64,000 nucleotides of DNA from Alphaproteobacteria bacterium (GTDB lineage: Bacteria > Pseudomonadota > Alphaproteobacteria > Rhizobiales > Beijerinckiaceae), in the NCBI GenBank assembly GCA_016869435.1, contig VGEB01000003.1, forward strand, positions 1,008 to 65,007, in the 5' to 3' direction. Under the pieces are notes generated by a model. That model was not told the DNA's origin. It ran no database searches and saw only the letters and a program-made list of their open reading frames with translations. The position numbers and the translations under genes were made by a program. Below are positions 47,734 to 58,424 of this stretch, in pieces (position 1 is the stretch's first letter; each line of letters begins with the position of its first letter).

Positions 47734-50460
47734 TTGGCCGACGACGAGACCAAAAAAGACGACTCCGACAAGCCCGGCTCCGACATAAAGCCGGTCTCGA
47801 TCACCGACGAGATGAAGCGCAGCTATCTCGATTACGCGATGAGCGTCATCGTATCGCGCGCGCTGCCGGATGTCCGCGACGGCTTGAAGCCGGTGCATCG
47901 GCGCATCCTGTTCTCGATGCACGAGAACGGACATACGCCGGACAAGGCCTATGTTAAGTCGGCGCGCATCGTCGGCGACGTGATGGGTAAATACCACCCG
48001 CATGGCGACGCGGCGATTTACGACGCGCTGGTGCGCATGGCGCAGCCCTTTTCGATGCGGCTGCCGCTCATTGACGGCCAGGGCAATTTCGGTTCGGTCG
48101 ACAATGATCCGCCGGCGGCGATGCGCTACACCGAGTCTCGGCTCGCGAAGCCTGCGCTGGCGCTGCTCGAAGATATCGACGAAGGGACCGTCGACTTTCA
48201 GCCCAACTATGACGGCAAGGAGCATGAGCCAACAGTCCTGCCGGCGCGCTTTCCCAATTTGCTGGTCAATGGCGCCGGCGGCATCGCCGTCGGCATGGCG
48301 ACGAACATACCGCCGCATAATCTCGGCGAGGTGATCGACGCCTGCATCGCCATGATCGATCGCCCTGACATCACCGTCGCAGAGTTGATGGAGATCGTGC
48401 CGGGGCCGGACTTCCCGACGGCGGCGACGATCCTCGGGCGCGGCGGCATCCGCAACGCCTTCGCGACGGGCCGCGGGTCGATCATCATGCGCGCCAGGTC
48501 CGAGATCGAGACTCTGCGCAAGGACCGCGAAGCGATCATCTTCACTGAAATTCCCTATCAGGTGAACAAGGCCGCGCTGATCGAGCGCATCGCCGAGCTG
48601 GTGCGGGAAAAGAAGATCGAGGGCGTCGCCGATCTGCGCGACGAGTCCGATCGCGACGGCATGCGCATCGTCGTCGAACTGAAACGCGACGCTGTCGCCG
48701 ATGTCGTTCTGAACCAGCTGTGGCGCCACACCGCGCTGCAGTCGAGCTTCCCCGTCAATATGATCGCGCTGAACGGCGGGCGGCCGGAGCTGATGACGCT
48801 CCACGACGTGCTGCGCGCCTTCGTCGATTTCCGCGAGACGGTCGTCACCCGGCGCACCAAATTCCGCCTCGCCAAGGCGCGCGACAACGCCCATCTGCAG
48901 GTCGGCCTCGCCATCGCCGTCGCCAATATCGACGAAGTGATCCGCCTCATCCGCACCTCGCCGGACGCCGCCGCGGCGCGCGAGGCGCTGATGGCGCGCG
49001 AATGGCCGGCGAAAGACATGGCGCCGCTCGTCGAACTGATCGCCGATCCGCGCCACAGGCTCAGCGACGAGGGCGCGATCCGGCTTTCGGAAGCGCAGGC
49101 GCGCGCCATTCTCGATCTGCGTCTGCAACGGCTGACCGCGCTCGGCCGCGAAGAAATTTCCGAAGCTTTGAACAAGCTCGCCGCCGAAATCGCCGATTAC
49201 CTCGACATTTTGCGTTCGCGCGAACGTCTCTTCGGCATCGTCAAGGAAGAGTTGCTGGCGGTGAAGGACGCACACGCCACGCCGCGCCGCACGCAGATCG
49301 TCGAGGCCGACGGCGAGGTCGAGGACGAGGACCTGATCGCGCGCGAAGACATGGTGGTCACAGTCTCGCACGCCGGCTACATCAAGCGCGTGCCGCTCTC
49401 GACCTATCGCGCGCAGCGGCGTGGCGGCAAAGGCCGATCCGGCATGCAGACGAAGGAGGAGGATTTCGTCCACCGGCTCTTCGTCGCCAATACTCATACG
49501 CCGGTTCTGTTCTTTTCCTCGCTCGGCAGAGCTTACAAGGAAAAGGTGTGGCGACTGCCGCTGTCGGCGCCGCAGGCGCGCGGCAAGGCGCTCGTCAATC
49601 TGCTGCCGCTCGAGCAGAATGAGCGGATCACCACGATCATGCCGCTGCCCGAGGACGAGGAGAGCTGGGCGACGCTCGACGTGATCTTCGCGACGACAGG
49701 CGGAACGGTGAGGCGCAACAAGCTCTCGGATTTCGTCGACGTGCGCCGCAACGGCCTCATCGCCATGAAGCTCGACGCGGGCGAAGCGATCGTCGACGTC
49801 GCGACCGCGACCGACCGCGATGACGTGCTGCTGACGACGCGCGACGGACAATGCATCCGCTTCGCCGTTCCGGAAGTGCGCGTCTTTCAGGGGCGCACCT
49901 CAATGGGCGTGCGCGGCGTGGCGCTGGGGTCCGACGATCGCGTGATCTCGCTCTCCATTCTCAATCATTTCGACGCGTTGAGCGAGGAGCGCACCGCTTA
50001 TCTGAAGCGCGCCAATGCGCTGCGCCGGCGCATGGGCGAGGACGTGTCGCCAGAGGCGGGGAGCGAGAGCGAAGAGGCGACCGCCGTCGAACTGTCGGAT
50101 ACGCGTTTTTACGAGATGCAGGCGGCCGAGCAGATCATTCTCACCGTCTCCGAGAACGGTTACGGAAAACGTACGAGCTCTTACGAATATCGTACAACTG
50201 GACGCGGCGGCAAAGGCATCGTCGCGATGGCGGTGAACGCCAGGAACGGCAAGCTCGTCGCTTCCTTCCCGGTCGCCCACGGCGACGAAATCATGCTGGT
50301 GACCGACGGCGGCCAGTTGATCCGCTGCCCGGTCGACGGCATCCGCATCGCCGGGCGCGGCGCTCAGGGCGTCATTGTTTTCGACACCGCGGAAGATGAG
50401 CGCGTCGTCTCCGTCGAACATATTGGCGACGTCGGCGACGGCGAGGACGCCCAGAGCTAA
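47734..50460 (+). CDS. gyrA: DNA gyrase subunit A
   Basis: [43 protein letters not shown] and the GyrA-box QRRGGKG. TTG start. Confidence 0.98.
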   Translation: MADDETKKDDSDKPGSDIKPVSITDEMKRSYLDYAMSVIVSRALPDVRDGLKPVHRRILFSMHENGHTPDKAYVKSARIVGDVMGKYHPHGDAAIYDALVRMAQPFSMRLPLIDGQGNFGSVDNDPPAAMRYTESRLAKPALALLEDIDEGTVDFQPNYDGKEHEPTVLPARFPNLLVNGAGGIAVGMATNIPPHNLGEVIDACIAMIDRPDITVAELMEIVPGPDFPTAATILGRGGIRNAFATGRGSIIMRARSEIETLRKDREAIIFTEIPYQVNKAALIERIAELVREKKIEGVADLRDESDRDGMRIVVELKRDAVADVVLNQLWRHTALQSSFPVNMIALNGGRPELMTLHDVLRAFVDFRETVVTRRTKFRLAKARDNAHLQVGLAIAVANIDEVIRLIRTSPDAAAAREALMAREWPAKDMAPLVELIADPRHRLSDEGAIRLSEAQARAILDLRLQRLTALGREEISEALNKLAAEIADYLDILRSRERLFGIVKEELLAVKDAHATPRRTQIVEADGEVEDEDLIAREDMVVTVSHAGYIKRVPLSTYRAQRRGGKGRSGMQTKEEDFVHRLFVANTHTPVLFFSSLGRAYKEKVWRLPLSAPQARGKALVNLLPLEQNERITTIMPLPEDEESWATLDVIFATTGGTVRRNKLSDFVDVRRNGLIAMKLDAGEAIVDVATATDRDDVLLTTRDGQCIRFAVPEVRVFQGRTSMGVRGVALGSDDRVISLSILNHFDALSEERTAYLKRANALRRRMGEDVSPEAGSESEEATAVELSDTRFYEMQAAEQIILTVSENGYGKRTSSYEYRTTGRGGKGIVAMAVNARNGKLVASFPVAHGDEIMLVTDGGQLIRCPVDGIRIAGRGAQGVIVFDTAEDERVVSVEHIGDVGDGEDAQS

Positions 50461-50490
50461 GTCAGGCCCTTCGGCAGTGGAGGAGGCGCA

Positions 50491-51261
50491 ATGAGCGACG
50501 GCGACGACGCAGGCGGCCCAGCGCTGGTCACCGGCGCGCCGCGCCGCATTGGACTCGCGATCGCCGAACGCTTCGCGCGAGAAGGCCAGCCGGTCGTGCT
50601 GCACGCCTCTCCGCGCTCGGCCGAGGAGGCGGAGCTCGCCGCGCATGCGATCAGGCTACGCGGCGGCCGCGCGGCGACGGTGATCGCCGACCTCGCCGAC
50701 GCCGATTCGACGCAGCGCCTCATTGAGCAGGCCAGCGAAGCCTTCGGCCCGCTGCGGCTCCTCATCAACAACGCCTCGATCTTCGAGGTCGATGCGGCAG
50801 AAGACTTCGTGCTGGAGCTTTACGAGCGGCAGATGCAGATCAATCTGCGCGCGCCGCTGCTGCTGTCGCGCGACTTTGCGGCGGCGCTTGCGGCGACCGT
50901 CAATGGCGCGATCATCAATATTCTCGACCAGCGCGTCTGGCGTCTGACGCCGCGCCATTTCACCTATACGCTGTCGAAATCGGCGCTGTGGGCGGCGACG
51001 CAGACCATGGCGCAGGCTTTCGCGCCGCGAATCCGGGTCAATGCGGTGGGGCCGGGCCCGGTCTTTCCCAACGCTGCGCTCGGCGAGAAGGAATTCGAAA
51101 TGGAGGCGCGCGGCGTTCCGCTGGAGCGCGCCGCCGACGTTTCGGGCGTGGTCGACGCCGTCATCTACCTCAGCCGGGCGAAAAGCGTCACCGGGCAGAT
51201 GATCGCGGTCGACAGCGGCCAGCATCTGGGCTGGCGCACGCCAGACATGGGACCGGAATAG
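50491..51261 (+). CDS. SDR oxidoreductase (pteridine-reductase-like)
   Basis: TGAPRRIG, LINNASIF, YTLSK, RVNAVGPG and VTGQMIAVDSG. Confidence 0.9.
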   Translation: MSDGDDAGGPALVTGAPRRIGLAIAERFAREGQPVVLHASPRSAEEAELAAHAIRLRGGRAATVIADLADADSTQRLIEQASEAFGPLRLLINNASIFEVDAAEDFVLELYERQMQINLRAPLLLSRDFAAALAATVNGAIINILDQRVWRLTPRHFTYTLSKSALWAATQTMAQAFAPRIRVNAVGPGPVFPNAALGEKEFEMEARGVPLERAADVSGVVDAVIYLSRAKSVTGQMIAVDSGQHLGWRTPDMGPE

Positions 51262-51277
51262 GCCGGATGATGCGGGA

Positions 51278-51514
51278 TCAGTCGGCGCTCGGCAGCCGGC
51301 GGATGGTGAATTCGATGCGGCCGTCGTCCAATTCGCGCCAGAACTCGACCTCGGTCATATAGGCGGCCTTGGGAAAGCGCTCGAACCATTCGCGCGCCTT
51401 CGCCCGCGCCTCGCCGCGTTCGAGCGTGAAGGTCTCACGCCGCCAGCCGCGGCCTTCGCGATTGGCAGCGAAGCGCTGCGCAAGGTCTCTCGGCGAACTT
51501 TTGGGTGCGCTCAT
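51278..51514 (-). CDS. Small conserved hypothetical protein
   Basis: GWRRETFTL.R.EAR.KAREWF.RFPKAAYMTEVEFW.....GRIEFTIRRLPSAD looks like a real alphaproteobacterial small protein. Confidence 0.75.
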   Translation of the reverse strand: MSAPKSSPRDLAQRFAANREGRGWRRETFTLERGEARAKAREWFERFPKAAYMTEVEFWRELDDGRIEFTIRRLPSAD

Positions 51515-51639
51515 ACTCATACTCTGGCGCTCGACCGGGGCAATCAATTTAGCGCAATGGGCGCGGGATGGGGAGTCGCGGGTCCTTGCGACGCTGGAGC
51601 CCGCTTTCCCGCGCCTCCAAACCGCGCTAGACCCGAGCC

Positions 51640-53199
51640 ATGCCTGAGCGTCCTCCCTACATGATCACGACCGCCATTCCCTATGCGAATGGCGCGCCGC
51701 ATATCGGCCACGCCTATGAACGCATCGCCACTGACGCTTTCGCCAGGTGGAAGCGGCTCGACGGCTATGACGTGCTGTTCGTTACCGGCATGGACGAGCA
51801 TGGCCAGAAGATGCAGCGCACGGCCGAGAAGGAGGGGCTGACGCCGCTGGCGCTCGCCGACCGCACCGCCGCGCAATTCGCCCGCATGGGCGAAGCGCTC
51901 AACGCGCGCGCCGACGACATCGTGCGCACGACGCAGCAGCGCCATAAGGAGACGGTGCTCGAAATTTGGCGGCGGATGGCGGCGAACGGCGATCTCTATT
52001 TGTCCAAATACGCCGGCTGGTATTCGGTGCGCGACGAAGCCTATTACGACGCGGACGAACTGACCGAGCGCGATGGCAAGAAATTCGCGCCAACGGGCAC
52101 GCCGGTAGAGTGGGTGGAGGAGGAGAGCTGGTTCTTCAAACTGTCGGCCTATGCCGAGAGGCTGCTGGCGCATTACGAGGCGCATCCGGAATTCATCACG
52201 CCCGAGCACTACCGGAATGAGATCGTCGCTTTCGTGAAGCGGGGACTGACCGACCTCTCGGTCTCGCGCACGACCTTCGACTGGGGCATCGACATTCCGC
52301 CGAGCGCGGAGACCGGCGCCAAGCATGTGATGTATGTCTGGGTTGATGCTCTTACGAATTACGTAACGGCTACCGGATTCCTTACGGAAGACAGAAACAA
52401 GGCGCGGTTCTGGCCCGCCGACGCTCATGTCATCGGCAAGGACATCACTCGCTTTCATGCCATCTATTGGCCTGCATTTCTTATGTCGGCGGGCGCGCCT
52501 TTGCCCAAACAGATCGTCGTGCACGGCTTCCTGTTTTCGCGGGGCGAGAAAATGTCGAAATCGGTCGGTAATGTCGTCGATCCGATCGATCTCGCCGAGC
52601 GTTATGGCGTCGATCAACTGCGCTACTTCTTCCTGCGGGAAATTCCCTTCGGCCAGGACGGCAATTATTCGCACGAGGCGATCGTCAATCGCATCAACGC
52701 CGATCTCGCCAATGATCTCGGCAATCTGGCGCAGCGATCGCTCTCGATGATCGCCAAGAATTGTATGGGCGCCGTACCGCGTAAACATGCGCTGACAAAC
52801 GCCGACAATGAGATTCTGGCGAAGGCGGCGGATGCGCTGGCGAAGGCGCGCGCGGCGATGGAGGAATACGCGCCGCATCACGCGCTCGCGGAAATCTTCC
52901 GCGTCGTCGCCGAGGCCAATCGCTATTTCGCCGCGGAGGAGCCCTGGGCGAAGAAGAAGACCGATCCAGCGCGCATGGAGACGGTCCTCTACGTCACCGC
53001 CGAGACGCTGCGCCGGCTGGCGATTCCCTTGCAGCCGTTCATGCCCGATTCCGCCGGCAAGCTGCTCGATCTCCTGGACGTAGGGCCGGACGAGCGCGAC
53101 TTCGCGCACGCGGGCGAAGCGAACGCGCTCCAGGAGGGTGCGCCGCTGCCGCCGCCGACGCCGATATTCCCGCGATTCGTGGAGGAAGAGGCGATCTGA
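51640..53199 (+). CDS. metG: Methionyl-tRNA synthetase (short form)
   Basis: [14 protein letters not shown] (HIGH), [30 protein letters not shown] and KMSKS. Confidence 0.97.
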   Translation: MPERPPYMITTAIPYANGAPHIGHAYERIATDAFARWKRLDGYDVLFVTGMDEHGQKMQRTAEKEGLTPLALADRTAAQFARMGEALNARADDIVRTTQQRHKETVLEIWRRMAANGDLYLSKYAGWYSVRDEAYYDADELTERDGKKFAPTGTPVEWVEEESWFFKLSAYAERLLAHYEAHPEFITPEHYRNEIVAFVKRGLTDLSVSRTTFDWGIDIPPSAETGAKHVMYVWVDALTNYVTATGFLTEDRNKARFWPADAHVIGKDITRFHAIYWPAFLMSAGAPLPKQIVVHGFLFSRGEKMSKSVGNVVDPIDLAERYGVDQLRYFFLREIPFGQDGNYSHEAIVNRINADLANDLGNLAQRSLSMIAKNCMGAVPRKHALTNADNEILAKAADALAKARAAMEEYAPHHALAEIFRVVAEANRYFAAEEPWAKKKTDPARMETVLYVTAETLRRLAIPLQPFMPDSAGKLLDLLDVGPDERDFAHAGEANALQEGAPLPPPTPIFPRFVEEEAI

Positions 53200-53261
53200 G
53201 ATCTAAGGGCCGATGGTTTCACGATTGATTGGTAAGCCGCACATTCGATGAGGAGGGCGAC

Positions 53262-53924
53262 ATGAGCATCAGCGACCTGCAAATCATGTTTTGGTTTGGA
53301 CTGGCGCTCATTCTTGTCGGACTGATTCTGCTGCCGTTCAATTTTTCCGGCGGCGGCATGAGCAAGATCAAATTGCCCGCTATCGAGATGGAGCTCAACG
53401 GGCCGGCGCTGTTTGTGATGTTTCTCGGCGCCGGATTGATGTGGTTTTCGATCTCGAAAAGAGAGACGGACCTGCCGCCGGCGCCCGCTGCGATCTCGCC
53501 GCCGCCATCCGCCGTCACGGCTGTTTCTCCGCCGCCGCCGCCGGCTCCGGAGCCAGCGCCCGAGCCAGCGCCGCCGCCGGAACCCTCCGCCGCCCCGACC
53601 GGGGATAAAAAAGGGTTCGGCGTCGTCTTGATCGCGTCGAGCGTCCCGTCAACGGCGAATCAGCAGGCGATCAAGGCGAAAGAGCTCGCGCCGGCCGACT
53701 CCGACATTATTCTCTATCGTCGCAAATCGGCATGGGTAGTGGTCATTCACTACGCCAACAGTCTGAAGGCGGCGGAGGACCTGTCCCGCTACAGGGGCGA
53801 AAAGGATTGGGCGAGCGCCTACGTCGTCAATCTGGGAACGTGGTGCCCGCTCGCCAAGCCAACCACCGTGCCGCTCCCTGCCGGGGAGCAGCCGACCGCT
53901 GGTTTCGACTGCCGCCTGAAGTGA
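53262..53924 (+). CDS. Two-TM protein with Pro-rich linker and possible SPOR-like C-terminal domain
   Basis: Two hydrophobic helices, a PPPAPEPAPEP linker and an alpha/beta-looking C-domain with a Cys pair. ATG follows GAGGAGG. Confidence 0.7.
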   Translation: MSISDLQIMFWFGLALILVGLILLPFNFSGGGMSKIKLPAIEMELNGPALFVMFLGAGLMWFSISKRETDLPPAPAAISPPPSAVTAVSPPPPPAPEPAPEPAPPPEPSAAPTGDKKGFGVVLIASSVPSTANQQAIKAKELAPADSDIILYRRKSAWVVVIHYANSLKAAEDLSRYRGEKDWASAYVVNLGTWCPLAKPTTVPLPAGEQPTAGFDCRLK

Positions 53925-54181
53925 CGCCGCGTCCCCAGCGCTTGCCACGCGCTCACCACAATTCAGGGGTTTCAGATGGCGGGCGGCGCCGATGATTGTG
54001 GCTTGGACTTTACGGGCTTGCCGGTCAAAGTCCTGGCGTGCGATTATGGGGCGTCGGGGCTTCTCTTGATCGAGCCGCCCGTCGCGCCGCTCGATCGAGC
54101 TTGCGCAGCAGCATCCGCCTTGGTTGCGTCGTATCTCGAAACGTCTCAGAACGGCTCTTTTCTCACAGAGGAACTCAAGGA

Positions 54182-54664
54182 ATGGCGCGTGGTATTTCGA
54201 CGATCCTGACGGCGGTCATCTCCGGCGCGATCGGTTTTGGATTGGGCATCTACGCGGCGCCGACCGAAGGCGTCGCCAATCTGAAAGCGGCGATCGAAGG
54301 CCGGTTCAAACCTGCCGCCCCAACTGAGGAGGGTGCGCCGGAGGGCGCGCCCGCCGCCCCAGCCGAATCGGAAACTCCAGCGCAGCCCGACGTGTCGGCC
54401 GCGCCGCCCACGGAGGCGCCTCCGGCTGAGCAGCCGGCCGTCGTCGAGACGCCAAACGTCCCGCCGCCCCCCGCTCCGACGGCGACCGAAGCGCCGCCGC
54501 CGCCTCCTCAGGCTGTCGCGCCGCCGCCCGCGGCCATGCCGGAGGCGGCGCCAGCGCCCGCGCCGGCCGCGACCCCGGAGCCTGCGCCGAAGCCGAAGCC
54601 CAAGCCGAAGCCGAAGCCTAAACCGAAGCCGAAGCCCGCGGAGGAGCCGGCGGCCGAGCAGTAG
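54182..54664 (+). CDS. Membrane-anchored Pro/Ala-rich protein with a (PK)n tail
   Basis: One N-terminal TM, a low-complexity body and PKPKPKPKPKPKPKP. Confidence 0.65.
   Translation: MARGISTILTAVISGAIGFGLGIYAAPTEGVANLKAAIEGRFKPAAPTEEGAPEGAPAAPAESETPAQPDVSAAPPTEAPPAEQPAVVETPNVPPPPAPTATEAPPPPPQAVAPPPAAMPEAAPAPAPAATPEPAPKPKPKPKPKPKPKPKPAEEPAAEQ
54587..54636 (+). repeat. Coding hexamer tandem repeat (CCGAAG)n encoding Pro-Lys
   Basis: ccgaagccgaagcccaagccgaagccgaagcctaaaccgaagccgaag. Confidence 0.8.
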
Positions 54665-54753
54665 GCTCGTAACAGCTTTGTCGCAGACCCCGCCGCCCGA
54701 GCCGAGCGGGGGTCTGCGGCGAGCCGTCGTCCTGATGGATTTCCCAACAGCGC

Positions 54754-55122
54754 CTACTGCGACGCGGTCATCAGCTCGAGCACATGGCCATCCGGGCTCT
54801 TGAAATAGACGCCGCGGCCGCCGTTCCAGTCGTTGAGCTGGCCATCCGTGAATCGTCCCGGCGCGCTTCCGAAGGCCACGCCTTCGTCCTTCACGCGCCC
54901 GAAGATCTTGTCGAACTCTTCGTCGCTGACGTGAAACGCATAATGGCTCGATCTGAAACCCTCATCCTTGTCAAACAGCAAAGTTAGCTCGCTGTTGACC
55001 TTCACCGGCGCGAAATGGCCCTTGGGGCCGTCGTAGCGCAGCCCGAAAATCTGCGCGAACCAACGCGCCGCGGCCTCCTTATCGCGCGCCGGCACGATCG
55101 TGTGATTGAGGATGATGGCCAT
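54754..55122 (-). CDS. VOC / glyoxalase family protein
   Basis: LNHTIVPARD, HYAFHVSD and GRGVYFKSPDGHVLELMT. Confidence 0.9.
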   Translation of the reverse strand: MAIILNHTIVPARDKEAAARWFAQIFGLRYDGPKGHFAPVKVNSELTLLFDKDEGFRSSHYAFHVSDEEFDKIFGRVKDEGVAFGSAPGRFTDGQLNDWNGGRGVYFKSPDGHVLELMTASQ

Positions 55123-55198
55123 TGATCAAGCTCCGCCTGTCTCCTGACAGGGATTAAGATGGGAACTCGCGGCGCTGCAGTCACGAGCGTCGCGGCGC

Positions 55199-56344
55199 TC
55201 ACTCGCTGCGCCAGAAAGCCGCCAGCGCGCCATCCGGCTCGCGATGCACGCGAACGCCGAGCGGCGCGCATTCGCGATCGAGCGTATGCGCCAGCCATTC
55301 GGCATCGGCGCTCGACGCCCGTTCCAGCCGCAAGCGCCGCAAATGCATCGGGATCAGTCGAAGTCGCAGGAGCTCGCCGCTCGCGGCGTCGATATCTGCG
55401 AAATACATGAGCGAAAGGTCGCCGCGAAAGCTCTCGTAGCCGCTGATGCCTTCATAGTCGTTCAAAAAGTCGCCGCAGCCATAAAGGATCAAACGGTTGC
55501 GATAGACCTCAAATCCCTTCGGATGATGTGACGAATGTCCGTGAAGGATCGAGGCGCCGCCTTCATCGATCAACCGATGCGCGAATTGTCGTTGCGCGCT
55601 CGAAACGTCGTAGCCCCAGTTCGGGCCCCAGTGAATTGAAACCACCAAAATGTCGCCGGGCCGCGCGGCGCTTCGCGCCAGATCACAGACGCGGGCAGCG
55701 CTTTCCGAGGAAAGGTCGGGGAGAAGATTGACGCCCGGCGAAACTCGGGTCGCCGCCCAGTCGACAGGCGTTCCGCTGTCGGGCAGGGCGAAGGACAGAA
55801 CGACGATCCTTGCCTTTCCGGGAACGTCCAGGATCGCCGGCCGCTGCGCGTCATCGATCGTTCGTCCCGCGCCGGCGAATGCCACGCCGAGACGCGCGAG
55901 CGTGTCGAGCGTCTCAACAAGGCCGGACGGCCCCCAATCGAGAACATGATTGTTGGCGAGCGCGCAGCAATCGATTCTCGCGGCGCGCAGACATTCCGCG
56001 TTCTGCGGACTGACGCGATAATTGATCGCCTTGGGTTCGGCGGTCTCGCTGCGCGTCACGCTCGTTTCGAGATTGACGATGCGGGCGTCGGGGGCTTGCG
56101 CGAGAAACTCGTCAAGCGCATCGCCCCAGACGTACGAAAAATCGACGGGCCGCTGAATCGGCCCGGACGCCGCTTCGGCCAAACAAACATATTCTTCGGC
56201 CGAGGAGACATATTCCTCGTAGAGCATAGGCGGGCAGGGCGAGGGAAGGATCTGGTCGACGCCCCGGCCGATCATTACGTCGCCACATAGAAACAGTCTG
56301 ACGGCACGCGCGCCGCAGATTCTCGGCGGCGCGGCGACGCTCAT
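55199..56344 (-). CDS. CapA / poly-gamma-glutamate synthesis family metallophosphoesterase
   Basis: GDVMIGRG, VNLETSVT, ALANNHVLDWG, VSIHWG, HGHSSHH and YGCGDFLNDYEGI. Confidence 0.9.
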   Translation of the reverse strand: MSVAAPPRICGARAVRLFLCGDVMIGRGVDQILPSPCPPMLYEEYVSSAEEYVCLAEAASGPIQRPVDFSYVWGDALDEFLAQAPDARIVNLETSVTRSETAEPKAINYRVSPQNAECLRAARIDCCALANNHVLDWGPSGLVETLDTLARLGVAFAGAGRTIDDAQRPAILDVPGKARIVVLSFALPDSGTPVDWAATRVSPGVNLLPDLSSESAARVCDLARSAARPGDILVVSIHWGPNWGYDVSSAQRQFAHRLIDEGGASILHGHSSHHPKGFEVYRNRLILYGCGDFLNDYEGISGYESFRGDLSLMYFADIDAASGELLRLRLIPMHLRRLRLERASSADAEWLAHTLDRECAPLGVRVHREPDGALAAFWRSE

Positions 56345-56610
56345 ATCACGGGCGGCAGGCTCTCTTCGTCGTCGCCGCCAAGAAGCGAGACGATTTCGCC
56401 GGCTACATCCTTAAGCGGCGCGCCGGCGCCGAACACATCCCGATCGCCAGACATCCACATCGACGCCTCCTCGACGTCAGCGATCGTCGGGCGCAAATCC
56501 ATGATCGCCGACAGCGTCGCGTCATCGATTTCGCCGAGAACGTCGATCACGTCCTTGATGGTCGCCAACGGACGGCCGTCGGAGCCCTGGGTGGAAGACT
56601 GCGTCAACAA
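56341..56610 (-). CDS. Small acidic hypothetical protein
   Basis: TTG start follows AGAGAGGA. Contains DVLGEIDDATLSAIMDLRPTIADVEEA. Its stop overlaps the CapA-family start. Confidence 0.65.
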   Translation of the reverse strand: MLTQSSTQGSDGRPLATIKDVIDVLGEIDDATLSAIMDLRPTIADVEEASMWMSGDRDVFGAGAPLKDVAGEIVSLLGGDDEESLPPVI

Positions 56611-56841
56611 TGTCCTCTCTGATCCGTAAACGTCCCGCCTGAGCGGGGATCGCCGAAGATGGCTATCAAAATATAGCGCCGCAGTTGCGCGCCGCGAAGA
56701 AGCGCCCAGCGAAAATTTGTGTTTTCCGTCGACGAAGCCATATTGCGGGCGTTGGCGCCTCACTTATCGGCCAGGCTCTCAGATTGGCCCGAGCGACCGC
56801 GCCGATGCGACTTAAATGACGCTGCTTCCCGACCGAGACCG

Positions 56842-57633
56842 ATGCTGATCGATACCCATTGCCACCTGGACTTTCCCGATTTCGCGCCCGAACTCGCGGA
56901 GACGATCGCGCGCGCGAAGGCGCGCGGCGTCGGGAGGATGATTACGATTTCGACGCATCTGTCGCGTTTCGAGCGGGTCAAAGCGGTCGCCGAAGCCTAT
57001 CCGGACGTGTTCTGCACCGTGGGGACGCATCCGCATCATGCGCATGAGGAAGCCGAGCCGACGGTCGACGCGCTCGTCGCCCTGTCCCAGCATCCAAAAT
57101 GCGTCGGATTGGGGGAAGCCGGTCTCGATTATCACTACGACCATGCCCCGCGCGAAGCGGCGCAGCGCATCTTCCGCATTCACGTCCAGGCCGCCCGCGA
57201 AACCGGGCTGCCGCTCGTCATCCATACCCGCGACGCTGATACCGACTGCGCCGCCATTTTGAAGGATGAAATGGGGAAGGGGGCGTTCCCCGCCCTGCTC
57301 CATTGCTTCACCAGCGGTCGCGCGCTCGCCGAGACGGCGCTGGAGCTGGGGCTCTATATTTCCTTCTCTGGCGTTGTGACGTTCAAGAACGCCGAATATC
57401 TGCGCGAAATCGCCCGCGACGTCCCGCTGGAGCGGATGCTGGTCGAAACTGACGCGCCATTCCTCGCGCCCGTGCCCTACCGGGGCAAGCGCAATGAGCC
57501 CGCCTTCGTCGTCGACACTGCGCGCACGCTCGCCGAGCTAAAGGGGATCAGCGCCGCTGAACTTGCGATCGCGACGACCGAAAACGCGCTTCGGCTCTTT
57601 TCGAAAATGCCGCAGCTGGACGCCGCCGCGTGA
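56842..57633 (+). CDS. tatD: TatD family DNase
   Basis: LIDTHCHLDF, GTHPH, GEAGLDYHY, VIHTRDA, LHCFT and LVETDAPFLAP. Confidence 0.95.
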   Translation: MLIDTHCHLDFPDFAPELAETIARAKARGVGRMITISTHLSRFERVKAVAEAYPDVFCTVGTHPHHAHEEAEPTVDALVALSQHPKCVGLGEAGLDYHYDHAPREAAQRIFRIHVQAARETGLPLVIHTRDADTDCAAILKDEMGKGAFPALLHCFTSGRALAETALELGLYISFSGVVTFKNAEYLREIARDVPLERMLVETDAPFLAPVPYRGKRNEPAFVVDTARTLAELKGISAAELAIATTENALRLFSKMPQLDAAA

Positions 57634-58424
57634 GTCTCAGAATCAGGATTCTCGGTTGCGGCTCGTCAGGCGGCGTGCCGCGCGTCGGGCAGGGCTGGGG
57701 GAAATGCAATCCCGACAATCCCAAGAACCGGCGCCGCCGCTGCTCAATTCTCGTCGCGCGCGGGCCTGCCGAAGCGGCGACGCAGCTGCTCGTCGACACC
57801 GGCCCCGATCTGCGCGAGCAGCTCATCGACGCGAATGTCAAATGGCTCGACGCGGTCCTCTATACCCATCCCCACGCTGACCACACCCATGGCGTCGATG
57901 ATGTGCGCGGCTTGGTCATCATGAGCGGACGGCGCATTCCGGCCTATATGGACGAGCCAACGTCTCGCGCCTTCGCCAAGAAGTTCGACTATATCTTCAA
58001 GACGCCGCCCGGAAGTTTCTATCCGCCGCTGATGATCGAGCATCGGCTGCATCTCGGGCGCGCCGTGACAATCGACGGGCCCGGCGGCGAAATCGTTGCG
58101 ACGCCGTTCCGCCTCGACCATGGCGACATGGACGCGCTCGGCTTTCGCTTCGACAATGTGGCCTATACGCCCGATCTCCACGCCATTCCGCCCGAGAGCG
58201 CCCAATATCTCGAAGGGCTCGATCTCTGGATCATCGACGCGCTACGCCATCAACGGCACGGCACGCATCTCTCGGTCAGCCAGGCGCTGGACTTCATCGC
58301 CCATTTTAAGCCGAAGCGCGCAGTGCTTACCGATCTGCACGTCGATCTTGATTACGACGCGCTCGCCGCGGAGCTGCCGGAAAATGTCGCGCCGGCGTTT
58401 GACGGCATGACGCTGGAAGCCTGA
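57630..58424 (+). CDS. MBL-fold metallohydrolase (PhnP/YcfH-neighbour type)
   Basis: ILGCGSSGGVP, VDTGPDLREQ, THPHADHTHGVDD and HLS..QAL. GTG start. Confidence 0.92.
   Translation: MSLRIRILGCGSSGGVPRVGQGWGKCNPDNPKNRRRRCSILVARGPAEAATQLLVDTGPDLREQLIDANVKWLDAVLYTHPHADHTHGVDDVRGLVIMSGRRIPAYMDEPTSRAFAKKFDYIFKTPPGSFYPPLMIEHRLHLGRAVTIDGPGGEIVATPFRLDHGDMDALGFRFDNVAYTPDLHAIPPESAQYLEGLDLWIIDALRHQRHGTHLSVSQALDFIAHFKPKRAVLTDLHVDLDYDALAAELPENVAPAFDGMTLEA

Noticed and set aside
47734-50460. Intein or intron in gyrA or recJ explaining the odd segments
   Set aside because: Protein lengths and motif spacing look normal. The patches replace sequence rather than add to it.
54682-54718. GC stem after the Pro-rich gene as a novel element
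   Set aside because: It is a single hairpin between convergent genes, most simply a terminator-like structure. No second copy was seen.
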